NCBI GenBank assembly: GCA_030704615.1
Contig: CM060731.1
Span: 94,240,001-94,304,000, forward strand
Direction: 5' to 3'
From: Takakia lepidozioides
Taxonomy: Eukaryota > Plantae > Bryophyta
DNA: 64,000 nt
Positions 21,689 to 33,125 of the stretch are shown piece after piece. The notes below the pieces were generated by a model. That model was not told the origin of the DNA and searched no databases. It saw nothing but the letters and a program-made list of their open reading frames with translations. The translations under genes were made by a program, and so were the position numbers. How positions within the stretch are numbered: position 1 is the first letter of the stretch; the number at the start of each line of letters is the position of its first letter.

Positions 21689-23685
21689 CTATGATGCATC
21701 AGTTCCACTATGCCTCTCAAAAATCCCGTCCTCTCCTTGGGGGACTGTCCACCTCACCTCCTGGGAATCTTCTGCGTCTTCTCCCCCACTTTCCTCAGCA
21801 GAATCCAACACAAATCTACGAGCCCGACGGGCTCTAATAGCTGATGCCTCCTCCCTCATCTTCATTTTCTTGAGGCTTGCCTCGTCTAAAATCTGTTGTA
21901 CACGACTAGGTTCGGAACACCTCCTAATGGACACCGAAGCAAGCCGGGCAGCATAAGTAGGAAGGATGTACTCCCTTTCTGGACTAGGCATGAAATCCCC
22001 CCTGGCAAAAAAAAGCACGTTCCTCCTGCCCATGAACTCCGGTGTAGACGTCCCTCCGGCAGTACTTGGCATCCTACAGTAAGAACAAATCCACTTCAAG
22101 AATGTCAATACCAGCACAACCAGAAAGGGTTTTCAATGAAATAAGGGAGCGGAGGGAGGTGCCTCACAAAATCTGGAAGCAACTTACAATGCGACCACTC
22201 ACTCGTAAACCAGGGGCTCCTCGGCCTCGATCCCAACTTCCTCCCCCTGCTCCTTCTCGGATTTTTCCTCATCCTCCGAGGATGCCTCTTCCTCTTTCGA
22301 CAGACGTTCAGCCGCTGCAAGTTCCGAGTTGTGGAGGGTAGTATCTGGCTCGAAGGCGAACACATGCCTGTCGGACAACGTCCCTGCCCACATTGAAGCA
22401 CCTGAGGAACAAAGCGGGCGGTTAATAGCTTGCGGCATGCAATTGCAATCGGGCCAGGGGACAAACTGAGCACGTGAAGGCTTACCCGTGCCGCATGTGA
22501 GGTCTAGAATCCGCCCTTGGACATCCGAGCACGTCTCCATGAGGGTTTGGATGAAAGCAGGGCTCCGGGTCCGGCTGTACCGCCACAGTTTGCCTGTCTT
22601 TGTGTCCTTCGGCATACTGGAGTGGGGCACATAGTTGTAGAGGACATCGTAGGTAACAGGGTCCACAGCGGCATCAACAAGACGACCGTCGTTGTGGAAT
22701 TTGAACGTAGACCCTCTCTTCACAAAGCAATATGCCTCAAACACCAATGTCTGCACATCCAACAAAGAAGGGATCAACTCCAGGGTCTACTTAACATACA
22801 CCACAATATGAAGTGAATGCAATAGATTGATAACTTACACTTTGGCCCTCTGTTCGCAACCCCTGTGTACTGATGCAGAACCATTTTCTGAGGAGGACCG
22901 GGGTGACACTTTTCGGTGTCCACCTTGCCACCGCATTCTCTGTGGTCTTCCCTCTCATGGCAAGGACAACCACACATCCACCGTCATCCAGAAGCATCCC
23001 CGCCAGCCCAAACCCAGCTTTCCAGTAGTCCTCAGTAAACCTGTTCCAGGTGGGCACACCATCCAGGCCCTCCAGCAGCTCCCCATCTGGAATGTCGAGG
23101 AGAATCATGTTGCAAGCTCTCTCCACCTCACCCCCCCCCCCCTGAGTGCTCTTGCAATCCGTGCTCACAGCCGTGAAGAATTCCATCATGGCTTCAAAAC
23201 CAGGGGTGTCTTTAGGCTCTGTACCGCCAGCCCTCTTCTTGGCTTTCCCCTTCTGCTCCACCAGAGACTTGCTGAGTGCCACCTTCTTCGCCCTGGCAGC
23301 GAGAGCGTCAAGGAAGCTCTCATTGACGCATTGGATGATGGTTGGAGGTTCTAGCTTTGGCCTGTGCATAAACGTCACCGCCGAATACCGCCGTGTAGGC
23401 TCGCCCTCAAATGCCAACTTCTTGGCAGAGCCAGTCCCACTCCGAACTGACTTGGGAACCCGGACGACCGGTGACTGGGTAGGAGCAACAGCAGTCGCAG
23501 GACCTTGAACAAAGTCGTCGTCCGAGTCACTCTCTTGGGTCCCCTCCTGCGCCTCCTCCGATGCCCCCATGGTTTTCTTCTTTTTGGGTGTTACTGCACT
23601 CACCTGTTTCCTTGTCCTTTTCCTTTGGCCTTTACTCTTCTCATGCAATTTCTCCTGAATTCCTGCCTGAGCAAGCTCTGCCGGG
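21689..23685 (-). CDS. Beta-class amino (N6A/N4C) DNA methyltransferase-fold protein, 4 exons, 5'-truncated
   Basis: GT-AG introns 22751-22838, 22402-22485 and 22074-22202 all splice in frame. The product has CNMILLDIPDG (motif IV-like), WNRFTEDYWKAGFGLAGMLLDDGGCVVVL (V-VI), FEAYCFVK..FKF, RTRSPAFIQTLMETCSDVQGRILDLTCGTGAS (X-I) and DRHVFAFEPD (II), plus a basic NLS-like N-terminus and an acidic tail. Confidence 0.78.
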
Positions 23686-23850
23686 ACTGGCCCAAGGCAA
23701 GATTGAGGGTGTGATGACACCTGCGTCCAACATTTTGGTAATCTCTTCTTGAATAACATTTTTTTCTCGCACACTCTCTCGGTAGGTATACTGTTTGATA
23801 GGCTTACCTTCAGTGATGATATCATGGTCCAGGATGATCGTACGGAGGAA
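23685..23850 (-). pseudogene. Short Gypsy reverse-transcriptase N-terminal fragment that truncates the MTase gene
   Basis: HDIITEGKPIKQYTYRESVREKNVIQEEITKMLDAGVITPSILPWASP. Confidence 0.8.
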
Positions 23851-26800
23851 GACTCTCAACATCACAAGGGTGCTTGCTCACAAAGGTTTACAAATCCCAA
23901 ACAGTAAACCGTGAGGACACGGCTTTTTGAGAGGGGAAGGGGTAATGTTAGAGGACTGTCTGGGACTTAGACACTTTTACGGGATATGTGGGGTACCCTT
24001 AATTTTTGCACAGACTGAGACCAACAGGAGCCTTAGGGGTGACAGCAGCGCACTTTAGGGGGGGGGGGGGGTTACACAGCCCGTCACAACCAACACAGCC
24101 AGTCACAGCCCAACACAGCCCGTCACAGCTTCGCACAGCCGACACAGCCCGACACAGCCCAACACAGTCGCACAACCAGTCACAGCCCGATACAGCCGGT
24201 CACAGTTTCACACAGCCAGTCACAACTTAACACAGCTGTCACGACCATAGGGAACGGATAGCAGGACAGGGAACGACTGTGGGGAACAACACCTGCGAAT
24301 GGAACATGTTAGTTCATGGATGACGGTTAGTGAGGGAAACGGTTAGAACAACGGGTAGGAAGATAAAGCCAGGAGCAAGGACTGGAAAATGATCAATTCT
24401 GGGATCATTTCTGGGGGGGAGTTCGGACATCACTTAGGGAAATCAGAACTAGGAAATGAAGCGGAGAGCGGATCACTGAGCAGAAAGAGGGAGAGCACGG
24501 AGTAGGAGGAGAACGATCTGTTGATACTTGCTGAATGCAAGAAGTAGAGTTGTAATGTAGAGCAGAATAGAGATATCATGGCTTCAGCCTGATACTTGAT
24601 AGATATTAATCTGATACATATTACATACTCACACTGTGTAGAGAGATCTGAGTGAAGCTGTGGAATGAATGGATGAGTTGATGGAATCCGATAAATTGTT
24701 GAAGCAAACTGATACTTAATTACCAACAATAAGGTAACTAGCTAACATGAATGCGGGAAGGAAAACGAATAGGAAACACCCCCATGATACACTAGCTGTA
24801 GGTCATGACTGATTGTTCTGAGCGGGCTGAGTGCTTAGAGATTTCCAACTCTTCTATCTTGGAGTTTCCGCCTCGGATAGCGAAGGGATGGGTGAGTAAA
24901 AGCCGCGATTGCCCCCTCCCAATTTCCGTGGTTTCATGGCGGACAACGCACAAGCAAATTGGGCTGCCATCCGAAGGGTGTACGGGCAAGTGTTAGAGGA
25001 CTGTCTGGGACTTAGACACTTTTACGGGATATGTGGGGTACCCTTAATTTTTGCACAGACTGAGACCAACAGGAGCCTTAGGGGTGACAGCAGCGCACTT
25101 TAGGGGGGGGGGGGTTACACAGCCCGTCACAACCAACACAGCCAGTCACAGCCCAACACAGCCCGTCACAGCTTCGCATAGCCGACACAGCCCGACACAG
25201 CCACACAGCCAGTCACAACCCGTCACAGCCCGACATAGCCAGTCACAACCCGTCACAGTTTCACACAGCCAGTCACAACTTAACACAGCTGTCACGACCA
25301 TAGGGAACGGATAGCAGGACAGGGAACGACTGTGGGGAACAACACCTGCGAATGGAACATGTTAGTTCACGGATGACGGTTAGTGAGGGAAACGGTTAGA
25401 ACAACGGGTAGAAAGATAAAGCCAGGAGCAAGGACTGGAAAATGATCAATTCGGGGATCACTTCTTGGGGGGGGACTTCGGACATCACTTGGGGAAAATC
25501 AGAACTAGAAAATGAAGCGGAGAGCGGATCTCTGAGCAGAAAGAGGGAGAGCACGGAGTAGGAGGAGAACGATCTGTTGATACTTGCTGAATGCAAGAAA
25601 TAGAGTTGTAATGTAGAGCAGAATAGAGATACCATGGCTTCAGCCTGATACTTGATAGATATTAATCTGATACATACTTCATACTCACACTGTGTAGAGA
25701 GATCTGAGTGAAGCTGTGGAATGAATGGATGAGTTGATGGAATCCGATAAATTGTTGAAGCAAACTGATACTTAATTACCAACAATAAGGTAACTAGCTA
25801 ACATGAATGCGGGAAGGAAAACGAATAGGAAACACCCCCATGATACACTAGCTGTAGGTCATGACTGATTGTTCTGAGCGGGCTGAGTGCTTAGAGATTT
25901 CCAACTCTTCTATCTTGGAGTTTCCGCCTCGGATAGCGAAGGGATGGGTGAGTAAAAGCCGCGATTGCCCCCTCCCAATTTCCGTGGTTTCATGGCGGAC
26001 AACGCACAAGCAAATTGGGCTGCCATCCGAAGGGTGTACGGGCAAGTGTTAGAGGACTGTCTGGGACTTAGACACTTTTACGGGATATGTGGGGTACCCT
26101 TAATTTTTGCACAGACTGAGACCAACAGGAGCCTTAGGGGTGACAGCAGCGCACTTTAGGGGGGGGGGGGGTTACACAGCCCGTCACAACCAACACAGCC
26201 AGTCACAGCCCAACACAGCCCGTCACAGCTTCGCATAGCCGACACAGCCCGACACAGCCACACAGCCAGTCACAACCCGTCACAGCCCGACATAGCCAGT
26301 CACAACCCGTCACAGTTTCACACAGCCAGTCACAACTTAACACAGCTGTCACGACCATAGGGAACGGATAGCAGGACAGGGAACGACTGTGGGGAACAAC
26401 ACCTGCGAATGGAACATGTTAGTTCACGGATGACGGTTAGTGAGGGAAACGGTTAGAACAACGGGTAGAAAGATAAAGCCAGGAGCAAGGACTGGAAAAT
26501 GATCAATTCGGGGATCACTTCTTGGGGGGGGGACTTCGGACATCACTTGGGGAAAATCAGAACTAGAAAATGAAGCGGAGAGCGGATCTCTGAGCAGAAA
26601 GAGGGAGAGCACGGAGTAGGAGGAGAACGATCTGTTGATACTTGCTGAATGCAAGAAATAGAGTTGTAATGTAGAGCAGAATAGAGATACCATGGCTTCA
26701 GCCTGATACTTGATAGATATTAATCTGATACATACTTCATACTCACACTGTGTAGAGAGATCTGAGTGAAGCTGTGGAATGAATGGATGAGTTGATGGAA

Positions 26801-27026
26801 TCCGATAAATTGTTGAAGCAAACTGATACTTAATTACCAACAATAAGGTAACTAGCTAACATGAATGCGGGAAGGAAAACAAATAGGAAACACCCCCATG
26901 ATACACTAGCTGTAGGTCATGACTGATTGTTCTGAGCGGGCTGAGTGCTTAGAGATTTCCAACTCTTCTATCTTGGAGTTTCCGCCTCGGATAGCGAAGG
27001 GATGGGTGAGTAAAAGCCACGCGACA
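23850..27026 (+). repeat. Family G2 3' end with PPT, then three tandem LTRs (23946-24908, 24991-25964, 26047-27026) separated by identical 82-bp MULE fragments
   Basis: PPT GAGAGGGGAAGGGGTAA, LTR start TGTTAGAGG, period 1045-1056 bp. The last LTR ends GCGACA and is flanked by the TSD GCAAG (26042-26046 / 27027-27031). Confidence 0.92.
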
Positions 27027-27382
27027 GCAAGACCCCAATGTTCCCATGGAAGGCAAGGAGAGATCTTGTGGGTTCCATTTTCTGCAGAGCCTTTCGCAGT
27101 ACACAACCAGGCTCGTGGCGCCAGATTTCAGAGAGGAGCATCGTTCCATGTGCCTTGCGTGGAAGTGCGCTCCCACTTTGGATGATGCAGAGACACAGTT
27201 TGCATGTATACGGGCTTGGTGGACATCGTCAGGTGCTGTAAGGAAATCAGACGAGGGAGCAATGGTCAGTTGGCTAGCATGGTGGCATTATCGTTTCCTC
27301 CAGTTTCGGCGACTATATGCGGGAGGTGAGTTGCACGAATTCGCGTCCCGTTGAATATTATTCTTGGCCATATTTGTAACTT

Positions 27383-30300
27383 GTAACTGGGAATTCTAGT
27401 CATGGAATACCCCTGGCCTGTTTCAGCCACGGTCGTCCCAACAATAAGGAGTAAGCTTCCATGACTTCATCCATTTTCAACACAGTTATTGTGATCATAA
27501 AGATCATCTTTTGAATCTGTATCTTAACTCCTCTTATCAATCCCAATGGCTGTACACTTCTTTGATCTGCCATTGTTACTGTAAATGGGGCTGGTTTCAT
27601 GTTACTTAGACCAAGCTTCTGCCTTAATTGGTCTGTCATGATATTCACTCCAGAGCCTCCATCTATCAGTACATCAGTTAGTTCTCTGCTTCCAATTCTC
27701 AATTGGAGTACTGACATAGAATCATCAAAGTCCACGACTGTTTCTTGCCCTTCCGGCTTCACATTATAACTGGTCACCTTGCTGTTCAGGTCTGTGTTCC
27801 CTGTCACATGGGCAATTCGATTGATTGCTTGATACAGCCTGTGTCTACAATAAGGTGCCACAGCCAATAGCTGTCCAATGGTAATCTTCGCTTTGGACTG
27901 GCATATTACTTCAGCCAAAGTCCCTTCATTACTCTGCATCTCTGTAGCTTCTTTCTTCCCTTCATCCTCACTCACTTCCTCTTCTCTTTCAGAATCAGAG
28001 GAATCTGCCATAGGAATATCAGTACTCTTCTGCATTTCCCTTATGGTATCTGCCACTTCCTTCTCATCTCTCCAAGCCTCATCATCTTCAGGCACATCAC
28101 TGCCATCTTCATTATCATCGCCTTCCTCATCTACTGGAGGTATTAGTTTGGCTTTGCTTCTCGTTACTATCATTGTACTTACTTCTGGTACAACACATGG
28201 CCTAACCATGTGAGCTGCCACCACTGGCCCCTCATTCACAGGAGCTCTCATCTCATTCTGGTGTCTGATCCAGAATGGACAGGCTGCCTTGCAATGGCCT
28301 GCCTGATTACAATAGTAACACAGTTCTTCCCCATTAGGTCCTTGCCCTTGGTCTGTTCTGGGATTGTTTCTGTAATCCTGATTCCCTGGCTGGTAATTCC
28401 CCCTTGGATTACCCTGATAGTTGCTCAGTAGAATGGTTATCCATTTTACAGATAGTACAGTGTTTCTCCTTCATGTGGCATTCAGTGGTGGTATGGCCTT
28501 CATTCTGGCACTTTGCACACCAAACACCCTTCCTCCAATGTGTTGCAGCCTCTGTGGCATACTTCTTCAAGATTTCTTCTAATCTTTTCTCATAGTTTTT
28601 CGTATTCAACTTTTCCTTCCTCTTACTCTTCATTTTCAGCTTTTGCTCTTCTGCCTCATCTGACTCATCCTCAGAGTCCTCATCATCCCTTTTCTCTCTC
28701 CTGAGCTTTCCCAATTGCTCAATTTTGTTCGTTGTTTCAAATGCCTCCTCCACTATATTATGGGGTAACATATCCACTTTCTTTTGCAACTCTGGTCTTA
28801 GTCCACTCACAAACCAAGTCTTCTGTAAACCTGGTGCTAGTACATCAGCCAGCTTTTTCATCATCAATTCCATCTTTTCCATATACTCCTCAACAGTTTC
28901 ATGCTTCTTTTGCTTTAACTGTTGTAAACTTCCATACACTTCATCCTCAGTTTTACTTGTCCTGAACCTATTTCGGAATGTTGTATTCAAGCCATTCCAG
29001 GTTAGGAAATGATTATCAGGGAATCTTGCATACCATTCACTTGCTTTCTTTATAAGTGAACAAGGATACAGTCTCATCTTGGCATCATCGCCATTCTCAT
29101 TGTTCACAATACACATGTGCTCAAATTGGCTAATGTGTACATCAGGATCCCCTTTTCCTGAATATATTGGAAAAGGTGGTTTTGCCCGTGTTGGTTGTAA
29201 CGCCATTTGTGGCCCTACCTCCTGCCCACTGAGAGGTGCTGGCCCTCTTGCTGGTGCTGGTCCTTGAGGACCTGTTGTAGTTGTGGTGGAACTTCCACCA
29301 AGTGCTAGCCCCTGAGCACTCCCTGCTATTAGCACCACTATATTCACAGTATTCCCAGCTCCAGTTGCACTACTTCCCACACTCCCTGTCCCCCCAGAGC
29401 CAGATCCAGGCTGCCCGCCTGATCCCCCTGAGCCGACACCTTCGTTGGCCTGTGATCCAAGTGCTCCACTTGATCCAGGTCCAACGGGTTGGGATGTCCT
29501 GGTTGTAGTCTCAACCTCAGCTGTTGGGTCTACTTCTTCATACTCTTCCTCTTCCAATTTCTTCTCTCTGTTTCTTCCAAGTTCTTCCCTTGGGTTTCTT
29601 CTTCTTCACTCATGTAACTCAATTGCAATGGTGTTGGAGAGTTTGAACTCTCCGTTGGTTCTGCCACATCCTCTCCTCCTTCTTCGTCTTCCGTCTCAAA
29701 AACTGGAGTTCCTGCTTTTGGTGTTCCATGCCAACTCTTATCAAAGATTTCTGTCAAATCTTTTATCCAGGGATGTACCTCAGATCTTTCACCTCGTGGT
29801 TGATCTTCTTCCAGTACCAATTCCCTTAATCTTTCTTGCAAAGAAAAAGAAGGAGTGGCATCCAACTCTAGTTCTTCCGGTATGGGTGATGTACTCTCTG
29901 ATCTTAATGGTGTGAGAGGTCCAGATGATTCCCCTATGTCTATTCCTCTCTCCCAAAGATATGGATAATTAGCTTTCAAATAACTTTCTCTTTTTGCTCA
30001 ATATCTCTGGAGTCTAGCTTCTCTTTCATCACTCATGTCCCATGTCTTTCATTTCTTTAATGTGGCAATAACCAAAACTCTCTTCTGTAGTATCTCTCGT
30101 ATATGCCTGGGTTTCTTTCAAGCTTCAATGCACCCTTGGCTATACTAGAAGTCTCCGTTACCATATAACCATATGGCAAACAAGTCTGGAAAGCTGTTCT
30201 TGGTGTGAGTTTGATCCACATAATATCCTTTGGAATCCAATTCTTTACCAGTACAAGCTCCTCATGCATATGAGTATAAACATTCACCTTCCTTTCCTCC

Positions 30301-30858
30301 CAGCCTTCAAACTCTACTCGCTTAATGGATAGCAATGCTATCACATAAACCAGTGTTGGTAACCAACGTGCTCTTCCTCTACAGGCCACCTGATAAATCT
30401 TTATCACTCCTTTCTCCAGACCCCACTAAGGGTCAGCATCATGCACTCTCTTAAGAATGTTTTCCTTACAACCGTCTGGCAATTCGAATAACCTCTGAAA
30501 GAATTGTTTGGACAATCTTTCCTTCTCAGTTTCACAGGGAATTTGATTCACATCAAATTCTTTAATTCTCCAACCACCATGATCCCACCAGATGTCTGTC
30601 ACATCTGGTTGTTCATGACCCAGTTCCCCAGTATGGTCGCCAAATGTCGAGCGGCTTTTACTCACCCATCCCTTCGCTATCCGAGGTGGAAACTCCAAGA
30701 TAGAAGAGTTGGATATCTCTAAGCACTCAGCCCGCTTAGAACAATCAGTCATGACCTGCAGCTAGTGAATCATGGTTGTGCTTCCTATTTGTATTCCTTC
30801 CTGCCTTCATGTTATCAATTTACCTTACCGTGTATACTGAAGCATAAGATTGCTTCAG
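27383..30858 (-). mobile_element. Family G2 Gypsy 5' half: partial LTR 30645-30858, PBS 30625-30642, extra 5' ORF, gag, protease
   Basis: PBS TGGCGACCATACTGGGGA (tRNA-Arg-like); gag YSGKGDPDVHI..CAKCQNEGHTTTEC; protease VLIDGGSGVNIM..LLLGRPWL. Confidence 0.9.
28409..29557 (-). pseudogene. gag: G2 Gag with CCHC knuckles
   Basis: Retrotrans_gag-like core, with CAKCQNEGHTTTEC and CTICKMDNHS. Confidence 0.88.
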
Positions 30859-32454
30859 CCCTCAACATGTGCTTGTGCAAGAAATGTGTCTCGACTCCGA
30901 CACCGACATGCCCACAACAAACATGGCCGAATCAGTGCACTCTTCCTGGCGTGCCTCCTCTGCGGCGCATCTGGTGGACATCCTCACTGCCACAACGGAG
31001 GACATTGTGAGGTCAATTATGCAGCAATGCAGGTACAACGAGTTCTTGAAAGGGAAACAGTGGGGCTTGGGGCCGGACAGGCAGGAAATGCTGATGCGGA
31101 CTGCCTCTAGATCGAAGAATCCTCGGAAGTGGGCGGCGGCCTTGCGAGAGGGCCTTCGGGACACACCATTGCTGCGAAGAGGCCAACATTTGGAAGGAGA
31201 TGTTCATACTCGTCCAGTGAGACGAAGACTTGACGAGGCACCTGGCGGAGAAGAGGATTCATGGCGAGCTGACAAGAATATTCGCACGCTCCCTCGTGGT
31301 CCGGTGATGTTGCCCGAGGAGGTCTCGTCGAGCACCGCAAATCCTGCACGTTCAAGATCGCCATCTCCTTTGAGCACAGGGCGTGTGCCCCGGCAACATA
31401 ACGAGCCATCTGTAGTAAAGCAGTACAACATTCCCATTGTGGAGACAAGAGTGTCGGAGTCACAGTGGAGAATCGCGAGGACATTGCCGGCATTTCGAGG
31501 GAAGTGCTGCGCCATCCGGGTGGATACGAGAGCACGCTTTGGTGAGATGATTCGGAGGAACCCACACGGTGCTGTACCTGCACCTTGTTTCAGCGGCAGA
31601 TTTTTGACTCCCACATTTGCTCACGCCACAACGCAGACATTTTGGTTCTGTAGGCACGACATAATGACCTGTGTATTTGGCAAGCCCAAGTACGGGATTC
31701 AGGGAATGCCGGAGCCTCCGGGCGTCTGGCCTATTGCACCGGGTTGCAGCCTCTCTCAGAATGAGGCGGATGCTCTATCTGCAGCAGGATTTCGAATGGT
31801 GCAACGCACAGACATCCCGGCCCACGCATTTCCGGTTCCTGAGACCCAGCCATTGCAGACTGCTCGGTCCAGTAGAGACGGATTGGACAATTCTGCACAT
31901 CCCACAATGCGATTCGGAAGAGTGAAGAGACGACACCCTCCCAACAAGTTGAATGAGACTCGGATTGCCAATGCTCTTGGGATGGCTTGCACTATTCAGA
32001 GCTCCGTGGACGTACCCCCACCCGGCCTTGGGCGTGTGTATCGGATGGCAACGGCCGGCTCGGCTGTACGCGACGATGTATACACAATTACGATTGGAGT
32101 GGAGCCGACTTGCAATTGTACGGACTTCTTGTTGATGGAAGCAAATAAGGGTTCGAAGTATTATCCGTGCAAGCATCTGTATTACATTTACCTGAAGAGG
32201 TTGAGGATGAACGTGACTATTGATGACTTTATTCATGCACCGGCGTTGAGCGTGAACGAGCTGCACAAACTCCTCCTTAGGGATTCCAGAAATCATTGAT
32301 GGGGCAAAGGGAATCCTCCATATGGATATTTTCAATTGCATTTTGCTATATTAGACTTTTTTTTGCAGTGTAATGAAATGCACCCCAAAACTCCTGGAAT
32401 GAGGCAATATTCCATTCAAACTGAGATCCAACAGAAGCAGTTGTGGGGCCATTT

Positions 32455-32760
32455 CTGGAAAAATGGCGTCGAATTTCTCTTTTTGGGGCTGAAAACTGGC
32501 TAAGTCCCAACATGCACTGGTACCTGTGTCTGGGAAAATGGCGCCGAATTTCTTTTTTTTGGGCCGAAAACTGGCTAAGTCCCAACATGCACTGGTACCG
32601 TGTCTGGAAAAATGGCGCCGAATTTCTCTTTTTTGGGCCGAAAACTGGCTAAGTCCCAACATGCACTGGTACAGTGTCTGGAAAAATGGCACTGAATTTC
32701 CCTATTTTGCGCCGAAAACTGGCTAAGTCCGAACATGCACTGGAAAAATGGCGCCGAATT
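32455..32760 (+). repeat. Subterminal tandem repeat, ~74-bp unit x4 plus a partial unit
   Basis: Units start at 32455, 32530, 32604, 32678 and 32740 (CTGGAAAAATGGCGCCGAATTT...CTAAGTCCCAACATGCA). Confidence 0.9.
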
Positions 32761-33125
32761 ACCTGTCATGAGGGGACCTATAGCCGCGGAATTCGGCACC
32801 ATTTTTCGCCAGAGAGACCTATTACCGCGAAATACGTCGCCGTTTTTTGAGGTTACGGACCCTATTACCGCGAAATTCGGCGCCATATTTGCACATGTCG
32901 CTGGGAATTGGCATGAGCGGAAGACGAAATATCATGAGCACAACTGTCAAAACTACAATTTTCCCTTCAAGGGGCCGAATAATATATTTGTTTTTCCTGA
33001 CACATTGCATTAAATTAATGTTTTTTATTGTTTTTTATTTTTGAAATTTGTACTTCTGCTCATGAAAACTGATTGTCTCACTACTCCGCTCATGCCGCTC
33101 ATGCCGCTCATGCTCATGAAATAGC

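Larger units (their letters stand above)
25965..32299 (+). pseudogene. MULE DDE transposase with C-terminal SWIM zinc finger (pieces 25965-26046, 27032-27325, ~30879-32299)
   Basis: Removing the solo LTR and one TSD gives in-frame FRGFMADNAQANWAAIRRVYGQDPNVPMEGKERSCGFHF (second D plus CxxH). TTNMAESVH supplies the catalytic E. SWIM: PTCNCTDF..YPCKHLYY. Intron donor at 27326. Confidence 0.85.
21406..33125. mobile_element. MULE-type DNA transposon with divergent amino-MTase-like and SWIM-transposase genes, invaded by Gypsy elements
   Basis: Perfect 14-bp inverted termini GCTATTTCATGAGC (21406-21419) and GCTCATGAAATAGC (33112-33125), with extra CATGAGC/GCTCATG subterminal copies at both ends. 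No TSD, because the flanks differ. Confidence 0.7.

Noticed and set aside
23686-23825. N-terminus of ORF 22791..23825 as part of the MTase
   Set aside because: It is an off-frame reading of an inserted RT fragment. The true 5' end of the gene is missing.
23946-27026. CRISPR-like repeat-spacer array
   Set aside because: The repeats are 1-kb LTRs and the spacers are identical transposase fragments. The context is eukaryotic and there are no cas genes.
32455-32760. CRISPR array
   Set aside because: These are head-to-tail tandem units with no unique spacers.
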